DNA of 63,993 nt, filler included. It is 9 parts of 9 records of this genome, joined end to end, with 100 filler letters (N's around TTAATTAATTAA, not from the genome) between each part and the next. Parts side by side here need not be neighbours in the genome. Positions count along the whole stretch, not along the records: positions 1 to 5,056 come from SRR31156797_19095; positions 5,157 to 13,024 come from SRR31156797_19101; 7 more parts are not named here. One strand, given 5' to 3'. Positions 1 through 9,630 of the stretch are shown here, in pieces. Each line of letters opens with the position of its first letter. Positions within the stretch are counted from its first letter, which is position 1. The notes beneath the pieces were generated by a model. The model saw only the letters and a program-made list of their open reading frames with translations, did no database searches and had not been told where the DNA came from. The translations under genes and the position numbers were made by a program.

Positions 1-1382
1 CTGTCCGGATCGGCCTCCCCGGTTTCTACATTGAAGGTCTTGTACTCCTTTTGCAGCGGCAGCCAGGGGGAAACATCCGGAGGGCAGAACCCTCCATTCT
101 TCTCCGATGTCCAGGGCATGGGGGTCCGGCATTCATCCCGGTGAATGGCTGAGTGAAAGATGTTGTTTATTATCCGGAAGATTGGCGACGGGAGTTTCTT
201 AAAGGGAGCACAAATGGCATCCTGAGAGTTTTTGTGGGGGATCTGAGCCTGGGCCAGACCGATCTCCTCCCCGTAGTAGAAGCAGGGGATTCCACCGGCC
301 GTAGCCTGAAAAAGCAGGCTCATTCTGTAGAGAGCCTTGTTATTGTTGAGAGCCGATATTCGGCGAATCCGGTCGTGATTTGAAAAGGCCATGGTCGGTA
401 GGAACGGGGCGGGGAAGACCTTTTTCGTCTCCTGCATCATGCGCTTCAGGGGCGCCGCTCTGAACCTTGTCTCTGCTGTTTTAAAAAGAAAAACCGAATG
501 GAGGCCGTCGGGCTTCTCTTCTCCGCAGAATTTGCGAATCACTCCGGGTTCTCCGAAAACCTCTCCGATAAGCATTCGGGGAGAGTCTGTATAGGAGTCG
601 GTCAGTCTCCGAAGGTCCCGGGCCAGGGTGAAGTTGTCGGGGTGGTTGTTGGTGTGGATATTGGTCTGAAAGAGCATGGATCGGCCGTCTCGGGAGGGAA
701 AGAAGTGTGGCGAAAAGGGGTTGTTCCGGAATTCGGGATCCTCATAAACCGAGCCGAGGATGTCCAGCCGGAAGCCGTCTACTCCCCGGTCAAGCCAGAA
801 CCGCAAGTTCCCGAACATCTCTTCCCTGACCTCCGGGTTCTGCCAGTTCAGATCCGGCTGGAAGGGGAGAAAGGAGGCCCAGTACCATTGGTTTGTTGTT
901 TCATCCTTATGCCAGCCGGAGCCTGAGACCTGTGACCTCCAATTGTTCGGTGGTCTCCGGCCTCCGGGATTTCTATTGGTCCGGATCCTGCCGTCCCTCC
1001 ATATATACCAGTTTCTCCTGGGATTATCCCTGCTGGAGGCTGATTCCAGGAACCAGGGGTGTTCCCTGCTGGTGTGGTTCAGGACCATATCCATGAGAAG
1101 CTTCATTTTGCGGTTATGGATGGAATCAAGGAGTTCATCAAACTCTTTCAGGGTGCCATACTCCGGAGCAATCCCCCGGTAGTCGGTGATATCATACCCG
1201 AAGTCCGCCTGGGGGGAGGGGTAAACAGGGGAGAGCCACAGGGTTTCTATACCCAGGTCTTGAAGGTAATCCAGTTTATTGATGATTCCCCTCAGGTTCC
1301 CCGTTGAGCCGCCGGTTCCGGCGAAGGAGCGGGGATAGATTTGGTAAATCGTTGTTCCCTGCCGCCAGTTTTTTTGAATCAT
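1..1382 (-). CDS. GH13 alpha-glucosidase/oligo-1,6-glucosidase (3' end runs off window; absent from ORF track)
   Basis: Manual minus-strand translation from ATG 1382: MIQKNWRQGTTIYQIYPRSF...GYDITDY...DMVLNHTS...QPDLNW...GVDGFRLD...IGEV...SNHD...YYGEEIG, i.e. the GH13 conserved regions. Confidence 0.93.
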   Translation of the reverse strand, partial: MIQKNWRQGTTIYQIYPRSFAGTGGSTGNLRGIINKLDYLQDLGIETLWLSPVYPSPQADFGYDITDYRGIAPEYGTLKEFDELLDSIHNRKMKLLMDMVLNHTSREHPWFLESASSRDNPRRNWYIWRDGRIRTNRNPGGRRPPNNWRSQVSGSGWHKDETTNQWYWASFLPFQPDLNWQNPEVREEMFGNLRFWLDRGVDGFRLDILGSVYEDPEFRNNPFSPHFFPSRDGRSMLFQTNIHTNNHPDNFTLARDLRRLTDSYTDSPRMLIGEVFGEPGVIRKFCGEEKPDGLHSVFLFKTAETRFRAAPLKRMMQETKKVFPAPFLPTMAFSNHDRIRRISALNNNKALYRMSLLFQATAGGIPCFYYGEEIGLAQAQIPHKNSQDAICAPFKKLPSPIFRIINNIFHSAIHRDECRTPMPWTSEKNGGFCPPDVSPWLPLQKEYKTFNVETGEADPD

Positions 1383-1458
1383 AATCGCATTATACCATTT
1401 TTTTTCGGGATCAGAATGATTCTAATTATCATTTAACATTGATAGTTGAAAATTGCCC

Positions 1459-2742
1459 ATGGCATTTTTTCTTATCACCCTCCCTGTTCTTGTTGTTTTT
1501 TCTTTAATCTTTTTCTTCTCCTATAAGAAGTTGAAAGGCTTTCAGGAGCTGAAGGAGGCGGAAACCAGACTTTTAAGGCTGGAGCTTGAATTGAAACTTG
1601 AGATGGAGGAGGAGGAGGAAGATGTTCAACTGAAGGAGTATTACAACCACCTGCTGTCCGGTCTGAAGGAAAACTTTGGGGTGGATGAAGCGGGGGTTCT
1701 TGTTTTCAGCGGAGAAGGTCTCCCGGGAGCGGAGTTGTCCATGATCCCTTCGTCACCGGTTTTCAAGCCCTACCTCGATATGAGCGGAGAAACGGTGAAA
1801 ACCCTTCGGGAAAACGGCGGACCCCTGCGATATGAGGTTGATTCCTCCTTTTATATCTATTTCCACCCGCTGATCGTGGGAAAGGTCATGGCTGGAATCC
1901 TTTTTTTCTCTTTCTCCGGGAAGGGATTGCAGAACTTTTTTACCGATGACACCTTCGGCAGGTTTACAGCAAAGCAGGCCCGGCGGCTGGGCCGCTATCT
2001 GGAACAGCAGGGACTGCGCCGACGGAACAGGGGCGGGAACAGCGGTCGTTCCCTTATTGATGTGATGAAGGAGCAGAAGATTCCGGATTTGAAGGATACT
2101 CCCATTGCAACCAGCATCCGGCCCCTTCCCTACATCAGTTCGGACCTCTGTTTTTTCAGTCCTTCGTCGGCGGGAAGTCTCTATTTCTGCCTGGGGGAGT
2201 CGGCAGCCGACGGAGAGCATGCCTCAGAAGTCCATGTTCTTTTCCGGACCCTTTGGCGGTTGAAAACAAGAGAGGCTGATACGCTGGATACGCTGGCGGC
2301 TGCCATAAACACGGAGTTGTGCCGTGATACGGCCGAAGCGTTTTTCTCCGGTTCTTTCTGCCACTATCGAAAAGAGCAGAAAACCCTTGAAATTTTGACA
2401 GTCGGTCAGGGAGAGGCCCTGCTCTTCAGAAACAGAAGTTCAAAAGTTCAGGAAATCCTCTCCGAGGTTCCCCCTCTGGGGACGGCGGAGACTATCAGCT
2501 ATCGGCCTTCCTCTCTTTCCATCTTCCCCGGGGATATTCTCTGCCTTTACAGCGACGGTGTCGTCGAGTCTCCCGGCCCTGACGGCCTCTTCGGACGCCA
2601 ACGTTTGATCGAATTGATGGAAGAAAATTATACCCAACCTGTGAATATCATAAAAAAAGAGATCCTCAAAGAACTAAAAAGTTTTAAAAACCAGGGCGGC
2701 CAGGCGGATGATGAAAGCCTGCTGCTCGTGAAATTCAAGTGA
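1459..2742 (+). CDS. Membrane-anchored SpoIIE/PP2C (RsbU-like) phosphatase-family protein
   Basis: N-terminal TM helix and coiled coil; C-terminal PP2C motifs LYSDGVVE and ADDES; next to STAS and anti-sigma genes. Confidence 0.8.
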   Translation: MAFFLITLPVLVVFSLIFFFSYKKLKGFQELKEAETRLLRLELELKLEMEEEEEDVQLKEYYNHLLSGLKENFGVDEAGVLVFSGEGLPGAELSMIPSSPVFKPYLDMSGETVKTLRENGGPLRYEVDSSFYIYFHPLIVGKVMAGILFFSFSGKGLQNFFTDDTFGRFTAKQARRLGRYLEQQGLRRRNRGGNSGRSLIDVMKEQKIPDLKDTPIATSIRPLPYISSDLCFFSPSSAGSLYFCLGESAADGEHASEVHVLFRTLWRLKTREADTLDTLAAAINTELCRDTAEAFFSGSFCHYRKEQKTLEILTVGQGEALLFRNRSSKVQEILSEVPPLGTAETISYRPSSLSIFPGDILCLYSDGVVESPGPDGLFGRQRLIELMEENYTQPVNIIKKEILKELKSFKNQGGQADDESLLLVKFK

Positions 2743-2750
2743 GGTAAACA

Positions 2751-3101
2751 ATGGATATCAAGTATCGCAAGTATAAAGACATCATCATCATCGACCTGGC
2801 CGGAGAGCTGGATCTCTACAATGCTCCGGAACTCCTTAAATCTTTTCAAGCTTTGAGAGACAAGGGGGTTGGCAAGTTCGTCATCAGTATGGGAGACCTG
2901 ACCTATATCGATTCAAGCGGGGTCGGGGCTCTTATACAGATACAGGCTCAGGTCCGGGAATCCTCCCTTCCTCTGATCCTTGCCGGTATTCGGGGAACGG
3001 TGGAAAAGGTTCTGAGCCTAAGCCGGATGGACAATTTTTTTGCCAGAACAGAAACACCCGAAGAGGCGGTGAAATCGATCCTGGAGGGCGGGCAGGTATG
3101 A
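2751..3101 (+). CDS. STAS-domain anti-sigma factor antagonist (RsbV/SpoIIAA-like)
   Basis: LAGELDLYNA and YIDSSGVGAL phosphoserine motif; 116 aa. Confidence 0.93.
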   Translation: MDIKYRKYKDIIIIDLAGELDLYNAPELLKSFQALRDKGVGKFVISMGDLTYIDSSGVGALIQIQAQVRESSLPLILAGIRGTVEKVLSLSRMDNFFARTETPEEAVKSILEGGQV

Positions 3102-3652
3102 AAGGAAGTAAAAAGATACAGATTCAGGAAACACACCCCCTCTTCAACACCGAGGGAATGATGTATAAGGAATTTCCTTCAGATTTCCGGCAGATCCGCT
3201 ATTTCACCCTCTTGGTTGTTCAGAAGTCTCCGGTCAGAATCCGGGAAATAAATCTTTTGGAACAGCAGATATCCGAGCTTATAAAAAATGCGGTCAAGCA
3301 TGGAAACGATTTGGATCCCCGGAAAAAAGTGAAGGTCTGGTATTCGTTTTCAGGGGATGAAGCCCACTTGATTGTCGAAGATGAGGGAGACGGTTTTAAA
3401 GAGATCGAAAAGTGGAACGACTTCTATCAGAACCGTACAAAGATCATTGAAAGAGAAGATTCCGATGTGATGGATGTCGTTAAATATATTTCCTACAGAA
3501 CCCGGAAAAGTGATGATAACGATGGAGGTGTGGCTCTGTTCGCCTCTCTGGAGTACTGGAATCAGGGGATGGTATTCTCGGACAAGAGAAACAAAGTCGC
3601 CGTTAGCCGAAAGTTGGGAGAGCCGAACTGGGGCATCCCTCTGGAGGCTTAG
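3098..3652 (+). CDS. Anti-sigma factor/serine kinase (RsbW-like HATPase_c)
   Basis: N-box ELIKNAVKHGN and G1 box VEDEGDGF; 4-nt overlap with the STAS gene. Confidence 0.82.
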   Translation: MKGSKKIQIQETHPLFNTEGMMYKEFPSDFRQIRYFTLLVVQKSPVRIREINLLEQQISELIKNAVKHGNDLDPRKKVKVWYSFSGDEAHLIVEDEGDGFKEIEKWNDFYQNRTKIIEREDSDVMDVVKYISYRTRKSDDNDGGVALFASLEYWNQGMVFSDKRNKVAVSRKLGEPNWGIPLEA

Positions 3653-5056
3653 ATGAGTTCAATTTTAGCCCTAGAGGAGGTCTCCCTTTCAGACCTGGGA
3701 CTGGATCTTCCAGGCCCTCGGGAACCTGCTCCCCATACGGAAGATCTTGAATCTCACGGGAGGGTCCTGCGCCGAACGACTCCTCCGACAATTACCGGTG
3801 AGAAGATTGGGAAAATAGCTTCGCTCTACTACTTCGTTTCCAGTGATGCGCTTATCGTTGATCTGGGGGATGATTTTACGGATAAGCCGGAATTACATGC
3901 CGTCGGTGTAGTTTCTGCCGGAGGCGAGGTTCTCGGAATCATTCGCAGGGAGTCTCTTTTCAGCCTGCTTGGCCGTTCCTTCGGCCGGGAGGTTCTCCGC
4001 AAGAGGGATGTATCCCGGCTTATTGAAAAGACAACCGTATTCCCCTGCGAAGAAAATATTTTTACTGTCAGCGATCAGATCTCCAGGGAGATCAAGGAAG
4101 AGGACCGGCAGTATTATCTCTTGATTGGCAAGGGGGATAATTTCAAGGGGATATTTTCAGGACGGGATATGCTGGTTTATCTTTCGGAGATTACCCGGCA
4201 GGATATGCTTCTGGCCCGGAAGATACAAACCCGTATCGTCAAGGAAAATGATGTCGTACATGGCATGAACTTTTCTTCCGCCTCGGCGTCCCTTATGGCG
4301 AAGGGAGTTGGCGGTGATTTTTATATGATGAAGGAGATCCGGAACGGGACATGGTTCGGCTGCCTCTGTGATGTTTCCGGTAAGGGAATGGCGGCCTCTC
4401 TGTTGACTTCGGTTCTCTCCGGTTTTATCAACACCTACGACTACCGGAAAGGGCTTAAAACCTTCGCCCTGGACCTGAATGCCCACCTCTATTCCAGCTT
4501 TCAGGGGGAGAAATTCGTTACCGGTGTTTTTTTCATCCTCAACGAACGATCGGGGGTCGTTGAATTCATTGATCTGGGACATGCTCTCTGTTATATCTTC
4601 AAGGAGGTTGATTTCTGTCAGGATGAGGCTCACCAAACCTGCCGGCCTCTGGGGGTGAGTTCGGAGGTAGATGCCGAACCTTTCTCCCTGGTCCTTCAAC
4701 CCGGAGAAAAGCTTCTGATTATGACCGACGGATTGATCGAACAGAATGATCCCGGGGGACAGCTTTTCTCTCTGGAGCGTATAGGCTCGCTTTTCAGGGA
4801 TAATCGGGAGGATAATGCCGAAAGTCTCAAGGTAAAGCTGCTGGAGGATTTTCACAGCTTTAAATCGAACGTTTCCCAGCACGATGATTGTACCTTTATG
4901 ATTCTGGATTATTCCGGGAACTCTGTTCCTGTATCACAGGGCACTGAATTACTGAACGACAAAGTTGAACAGTCGATTCGAAACGGAAAGCCTGTCAGGG
5001 TAACAACCTATAGATATTCGACCAGGATGCGCAATTATATTGACTCGCTTCTGGAT
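3653..5056 (+). CDS. CBS-pair + SpoIIE/PP2C phosphatase with an extra C-terminal domain (truncated at contig end)
   Basis: CBS-like VLGIIRRE; intact PP2C motifs GGDFY, CDVSGKG, MTDGL, HDDCT; the frame stays open past the PP2C domain. Confidence 0.85.
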
Positions 5057-5156
5057 NNNNNNNNNNNNNNNNNNNNNNNNNNNNNNNNNNNNNNNNNNNN
5101 TTAATTAATTAANNNNNNNNNNNNNNNNNNNNNNNNNNNNNNNNNNNNNNNNNNNN
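5057..5156. other. Artificial contig spacer
   Basis: 44 N + TTAATTAATTAA (stops in all frames) + 44 N. Confidence 0.99.
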
Positions 5157-5157
5157 G

Positions 5158-5973
5158 GGCACGGGATTCATTGCGGAAACCATGGAGCTTCTGTGCAGGT
5201 TTGGATTCGCCCACAAGCTGAAATTCGATGACGGTCACCCTCCCCGGTTCGAGCACCGTCACCTGGGACTTCACCACGATCACATGGTCTGCACCAAGTG
5301 CGGAACCATCATCGAATTCAGGGACGAAGCCCTGGAACGGCAACAGGTGGATCTTGCCGCGGCCTATGGCTTTCACATGCTCCAGCATAAGATGGAGATC
5401 TACGGCATCTGTGGCGACTGCCTGAAAAAGCGGTCCATGGTGATGCCGCTTTCCAGGACAAAGCAGGGAGAGTTTTTGGTTATCAAGGGATTTGAAGGCG
5501 GGAAAAAGGCCCAGATGCGCCTCACCTCCATGGGGCTCAGGGTGGGAGACACCATTGAAGTGGTGTCCACCCAGGCCGGGGGACAGCTTGTCATCGCCCT
5601 TGGCGATAATCGGTTTGTCATGGGACAAGGGCTTGCCCGGAAGGTGAGGGTGGAGCATGTCTGCCACCATCCCCAGGCGGTTTTCCCGGAACCCCGGGAG
5701 TTGAAGACGCTCCGGGAACCCGGAGGAACCATTCCCCTGAGCCAGATGAAGGAGGGCCAGGAGGGTGTCATTGCCCGGGTGGCCGGCGAGCCCCGGTTGC
5801 GCAGGCGGATACTTGAGATGGGCATCAACCGCGGTGCCACCGTCTATGTGGAAAAATATGCGCCCCTGAAGGATCCCATCGAGCTGATCGTCAAGGGGTA
5901 CCACGTCTCCATGCGTGTTGAGGAGGCGGCCCACATCAATGTCGAAGGGGTGAGGACGGTGAACAAACGATGA
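5158..5973 (+). CDS. Fur-family repressor fused to two FeoA domains (5' truncated)
   Basis: Fur C-terminus HHDHMVCTKCG...YGICGDC, then two FeoA repeats (RLTSMGLRVG; RRILEMGINRG...APLKDPI); frame open to the contig edge. Confidence 0.88.
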   Translation, partial: GTGFIAETMELLCRFGFAHKLKFDDGHPPRFEHRHLGLHHDHMVCTKCGTIIEFRDEALERQQVDLAAAYGFHMLQHKMEIYGICGDCLKKRSMVMPLSRTKQGEFLVIKGFEGGKKAQMRLTSMGLRVGDTIEVVSTQAGGQLVIALGDNRFVMGQGLARKVRVEHVCHHPQAVFPEPRELKTLREPGGTIPLSQMKEGQEGVIARVAGEPRLRRRILEMGINRGATVYVEKYAPLKDPIELIVKGYHVSMRVEEAAHINVEGVRTVNKR

Positions 5974-8147
5974 AGCGCCTGACAATCGCCCTGGCGGGGA
6001 ATCCCAACTGCGGCAAGACCACCATTTTCAATAATCTCACCGGCGCCCGGCAGAAGGTCGGCAACTGGCCCGGGGTAACGGTTGAGAAAAAAGAGGGGAC
6101 GATCAAACGGAACGGGTATGAGCTGAATGTGGTGGACCTGCCCGGTACCTACAGTCTTACCCCCTTTTCCATCGAGGAGATAGCGGCCAGGGACTTTATC
6201 CTGAACGAAAAACCCGATGTGGTCGTCAACATCATCGATGCCGCCAACCTGGAGCGGAGCCTCTACCTTGCCATGCAGATCATGGAGCTCGACCGCCCCG
6301 TGGTCTTTGTTCTCAACATGGCCGATCTCGCAAAATCCAAGGGTATCACCATTGACGCTGAAAAGCTGTCAACCTTGTTGAACCTGCCCGTCATCTTTAC
6401 CGTGGGGAACCGGGGCCAGGGCACGGACCTTCTTGTGGAGACGGCCATAAAGGAAGCCCTTGCCGGGCCAAAGGGCAAGGAGGGACGCAGGGTTATCTAT
6501 AACCGGGAGATCGAAGCCCTTATCAAAGAGATCGAGGTCTCCATCGACGAGACCGGCCTGAAACTGGACGCCTGGCCCAGGCGCTGGACGGCCATCAAGC
6601 TACTGGAAGACGACCAGGTGGTGGAGGAGAACCTTGCCGCCATGGAGGAGAGCCGGGTCGACGAGGTCCTGGCCGTGGCCGAACGCTCCCGTTCCCGCAT
6701 GGAGGAGTTTTTCCAGGATGATCCCGATATCGTCCTGACCGACGAGCGTTACGGATTCATTGCCGGGATTGTCAGGGAGGCGGTGACCGTGTCTGCCAGG
6801 AAGCGGGCGGACATCTCCAGGAATATCGACCTGGTTCTGACCAACCGGTTCCTCGGGTTTCCTATTTTCATCTTCTTTATATGGGCCATGTTCCAGCTCA
6901 CGTTCACCCTGGGGACCTACCCCATGGAGTGGATCGATACCGGCGTGACCCTGTTATCGTCTTTTCTTGATTCCCTGCTGCCCCAGGGGATGTTCAAGGA
7001 CCTTCTTTTGAACGGTATTGTCGCGGGTATCGGCAGTGTCATCATTTTTCTGCCCAATATCCTGATCCTGTTTTTCTGCATCGCCCTGTTCGAGGATACC
7101 GGGTACATGGCAAGGACCGCCTTTCTCATGGACCGGATCATGCACACGGTGGGGCTCCACGGCAAATCGTTCATTCCCATGCTCATGGGGTTTGGGTGCA
7201 GTGTGCCCGCCATCATGGCAACCCGGGCCCTCGAGAACCGGAAGGATAGGATCCTGACCATCCTGATCACCCCCTTCATGTCCTGTTCCGCAAGGCTGCC
7301 GGTGTATATCGTCCTGGCCGGGTCCTTTTTTGCCGAACGGGCCGGCACCGTCATCTTCGGCCTCTATGCCACGGGTATTGTCATTGCCATCCTCTCCGGA
7401 AGGCTGTTTCGCTCCACCCTGCTCAAGGGGGAGGACGCCCCCTTTGTCATGGAGCTTCCCCCCTACCGGGTGCCCATGTTCAAGAGCCTTATGATTCACA
7501 TGTGGGACCGCAGCAAGATGTTTCTGAGAAAGATGGGCGGCGTGATCCTGGTGGGGTCCATCATCATCTGGGCACTCTCCACTTTTCCAAGGGATCCCGG
7601 CGTTTCCGACCGCTATGCCGACAATATTGCCAGGGTGACCGGCGAGTATGCCCAGAAGCAGAAGATTGCCGAGGCGGATCCGGCCCTGGAAAAAGAGCTT
7701 GCCGCAGAGGTGGAGGCAAGGGTGGCCGCCCTGGAAAAAGAGAGGGACAAGGCCCTTGTGGAACGCTCCTTTATCGGACGGTTCGGCAGGGTGTTGGAAC
7801 CGGTGTTCGCGCCCGTCGGCATCGATTGGCGTGCCGGTGTGGCCCTGGTGACGGGGCTTGTGGCCAAGGAGGTGGTGGTCTCCAGCATGGGGGTGCTCTA
7901 CGGTGTGGGGGACGACGCGTCCGACGCCCTGAACCATGCCCTTCACCATGCCGGGATGACGCCCCTTTCGGCCCTTTCCATCATGGTGTTCGTGCTTCTT
8001 TATATTCCCTGCATCGCAACGGTTTCAACCATCTGGAAAGAAGCCTCCGGGAAATGGGCCTGGTTTAACCTTTTATATACGACAGCCGTTGCATGGAGTC
8101 TTTCTTTTCTGGTATATCAGGGTGGAAAACTTTTGGGATTCGGATAG
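5970..8147 (+). CDS. feoB: Ferrous iron transporter FeoB
   Basis: G1 GNPNCGKT, GNWPGVTVE, DLPGTYSL, NMAD; Gate and TM regions; LYIPCIAT. Confidence 0.97.
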   Translation: MKRLTIALAGNPNCGKTTIFNNLTGARQKVGNWPGVTVEKKEGTIKRNGYELNVVDLPGTYSLTPFSIEEIAARDFILNEKPDVVVNIIDAANLERSLYLAMQIMELDRPVVFVLNMADLAKSKGITIDAEKLSTLLNLPVIFTVGNRGQGTDLLVETAIKEALAGPKGKEGRRVIYNREIEALIKEIEVSIDETGLKLDAWPRRWTAIKLLEDDQVVEENLAAMEESRVDEVLAVAERSRSRMEEFFQDDPDIVLTDERYGFIAGIVREAVTVSARKRADISRNIDLVLTNRFLGFPIFIFFIWAMFQLTFTLGTYPMEWIDTGVTLLSSFLDSLLPQGMFKDLLLNGIVAGIGSVIIFLPNILILFFCIALFEDTGYMARTAFLMDRIMHTVGLHGKSFIPMLMGFGCSVPAIMATRALENRKDRILTILITPFMSCSARLPVYIVLAGSFFAERAGTVIFGLYATGIVIAILSGRLFRSTLLKGEDAPFVMELPPYRVPMFKSLMIHMWDRSKMFLRKMGGVILVGSIIIWALSTFPRDPGVSDRYADNIARVTGEYAQKQKIAEADPALEKELAAEVEARVAALEKERDKALVERSFIGRFGRVLEPVFAPVGIDWRAGVALVTGLVAKEVVVSSMGVLYGVGDDASDALNHALHHAGMTPLSALSIMVFVLLYIPCIATVSTIWKEASGKWAWFNLLYTTAVAWSLSFLVYQGGKLLGFG

Positions 8148-8165
8148 CGAACAGGGAGGTGTATT

Positions 8166-8651
8166 GTGGGTTTAATTTCGAGTTGGAGTAGATATACAAA
8201 GGGGAAGACAGGGGTGGCCCTGTGGTTTCTGGTCAGCTTTCTTTTCATGGCGACCCTGGTTTGCCAGGTTGCCTGGGCGGGAGAGCGCCTTTGCGTCACA
8301 TCCAAGATCGCCAATGTAAGATCCGGTCCCGGCACCGGCAATGAGACCCTTTGGCAGATCGAGACCTTTCATCCCATCATTGTGGTTGAAAAAAAAGGCA
8401 GCTGGTACAGATTTAAAGATTTTGAAGGGGACATGGGCTGGATCCACAAATCCCTGACCGGAAAGGTCCGTTCCGTTATTACGGTCAAGAATAATTGCAA
8501 TGTTCGTTCCGGTCCCGGACCCAAAAACGCCGTTGTTTTTACGGTGGAAAAGGGAGTCCCGTTCAAGGTGCTCAAGAAAAAGGGAAACTGGCTTCAGGTG
8601 GAACATGGTGACGGCGACGGGGGTTGGATTTATAAGACCCTTGTGTGGTAA
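8166..8651 (+). CDS. Secreted tandem bacterial SH3-domain protein
   Basis: Signal peptide plus two repeats ANVRSGPG...GWIH and CNVRSGPG...GWIY; start codon uncertain. Confidence 0.85.
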   Translation: MGLISSWSRYTKGKTGVALWFLVSFLFMATLVCQVAWAGERLCVTSKIANVRSGPGTGNETLWQIETFHPIIVVEKKGSWYRFKDFEGDMGWIHKSLTGKVRSVITVKNNCNVRSGPGPKNAVVFTVEKGVPFKVLKKKGNWLQVEHGDGDGGWIYKTLVW

Positions 8652-8688
8652 GCGTTTACAACTTATAATTATTTAGAGAGAGGAAAAA

Positions 8689-9366
8689 ATGGTCGATAAA
8701 ATATCAAATGCGCGTAAAAAAGAGCTTGAACAGCCGGATCCGTTTCTGGAGGCATTGCAGGGGTATGCGGATGCTTCCCAGAAATACAGGAAACAGATCA
8801 TCTGGGCCTTGTGTGCCGTGGTTGCTGTTGTTTCCATTTTTTCGGGAACGGTTTACAGTATCAAGCGTTCCGAGGAGAAAGCCGCCGGGTTTCTCGCCCA
8901 GACCCTCTCACGATACAACGATGCCGACCCGGTAAAGGGGTATGAAACGGTGAAGGATGATGTTGTCGAGTTCCTCGAGTCCTATCCCAACACGGTTGCA
9001 GCCACCCAGGCCAGGGTCCGGTTTGCCGAGATCGCATTCAAGGCGTCGAAATATGAGGAAGCCCATCGGATGTACCTTGCCGCCCTGGACGATTTCAAGG
9101 GGGACGCCTCCATGGAAAATCTCCTGCTGGCCGCCCTGGGACGCACCTGTCAGGCCCTGGAGCGCCATGATGAGGCGGAAACCTGGTTCAGGAAAATCTC
9201 CGGTGGCAAGAGTCCCCTCCTGAAGGGGGAGGCCCTGTTCAACCTGGGCGTGCTTCTGGCCGACAAGGGGGACACGGCCGAAAGCCAGAAGCTGTTCAAA
9301 ACCCTTGTTTCCGATCATGAAGGGTCCTTCTACAAGCCCATGGTGGAAGCCCGGCTCAACGATTGA
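8689..9366 (+). CDS. Membrane-anchored TPR protein (YfgM-like)
   Basis: One N-terminal TM helix followed by TPR-like helical repeats. Confidence 0.75.
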   Translation: MVDKISNARKKELEQPDPFLEALQGYADASQKYRKQIIWALCAVVAVVSIFSGTVYSIKRSEEKAAGFLAQTLSRYNDADPVKGYETVKDDVVEFLESYPNTVAATQARVRFAEIAFKASKYEEAHRMYLAALDDFKGDASMENLLLAALGRTCQALERHDEAETWFRKISGGKSPLLKGEALFNLGVLLADKGDTAESQKLFKTLVSDHEGSFYKPMVEARLND

Positions 9367-9390
9367 TCCTCTGACAACGTGTTGTTAAAA

Positions 9391-9433
9391 CTTAAAAAGG
9401 CTGCCTGAAATTGTTTCAGGCAGCCTTTTTAAG
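9391..9433. terminator. Bidirectional rho-independent terminator
   Basis: Perfect 20-bp inverted repeat CTTAAAAAGGCTGCCTGAAA-ttg-TTTCAGGCAGCCTTTTTAAG with a U-tract on either strand. Confidence 0.9.
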
Positions 9434-9475
9434 AAAAGGAGAAAAAAGATGAATAGCTAAACTCGTTTAGCATGA
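9392..9475 (-). ncRNA. Candidate sigma-54-dependent small RNA (~85 nt) with CU-rich anti-RBS seed
   Basis: Lies between a -24/-12 promoter and the terminator; 5' hairpin GCUAAA-CGAG-UUUAGC, single-stranded UAUUCAUCUUUUUUCUCCUUUUCU, then terminator. Confidence 0.65.
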
Positions 9476-9485
9476 AAATTATTAA

Positions 9486-9501
9486 TGCAAAGAGCTTGCC
9501 A
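9486..9501 (-). promoter_or_regulatory. Sigma-54 (-24/-12) promoter
   Basis: Minus strand TGGCAAGCTCTTTGCA, exact GG-N10-GC spacing. Confidence 0.8.
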
Positions 9502-9630
9502 ACTTTAAAATCTTACCCTTCCTATTTTTTTGTTCCGGTCAAAAGCCCTGTTGTTACAGGCTTTGTCTTCCCTATTTAAATTGTTATCTGTTTTTGAGCC
9601 TGGTATTGCCATGGCGGCATGTCAACAAAA

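Noticed and set aside
153-1307. Several plus-strand ORFs in the track
   Set aside because: They are shadows of the minus-strand GH13 gene, which the track missed because it runs off the window.
1605-1620. GAG triplet run
   Set aside because: In-frame poly-Glu in a coiled coil; no sign of phase variation.
9435-9460. Plus-strand RBS and mini-ORF (AAGGAG...ATG AAT AGC TAA)
   Set aside because: Only three codons, directly after a terminator with no promoter. It is better explained as the complement of the minus-strand sRNA seed.
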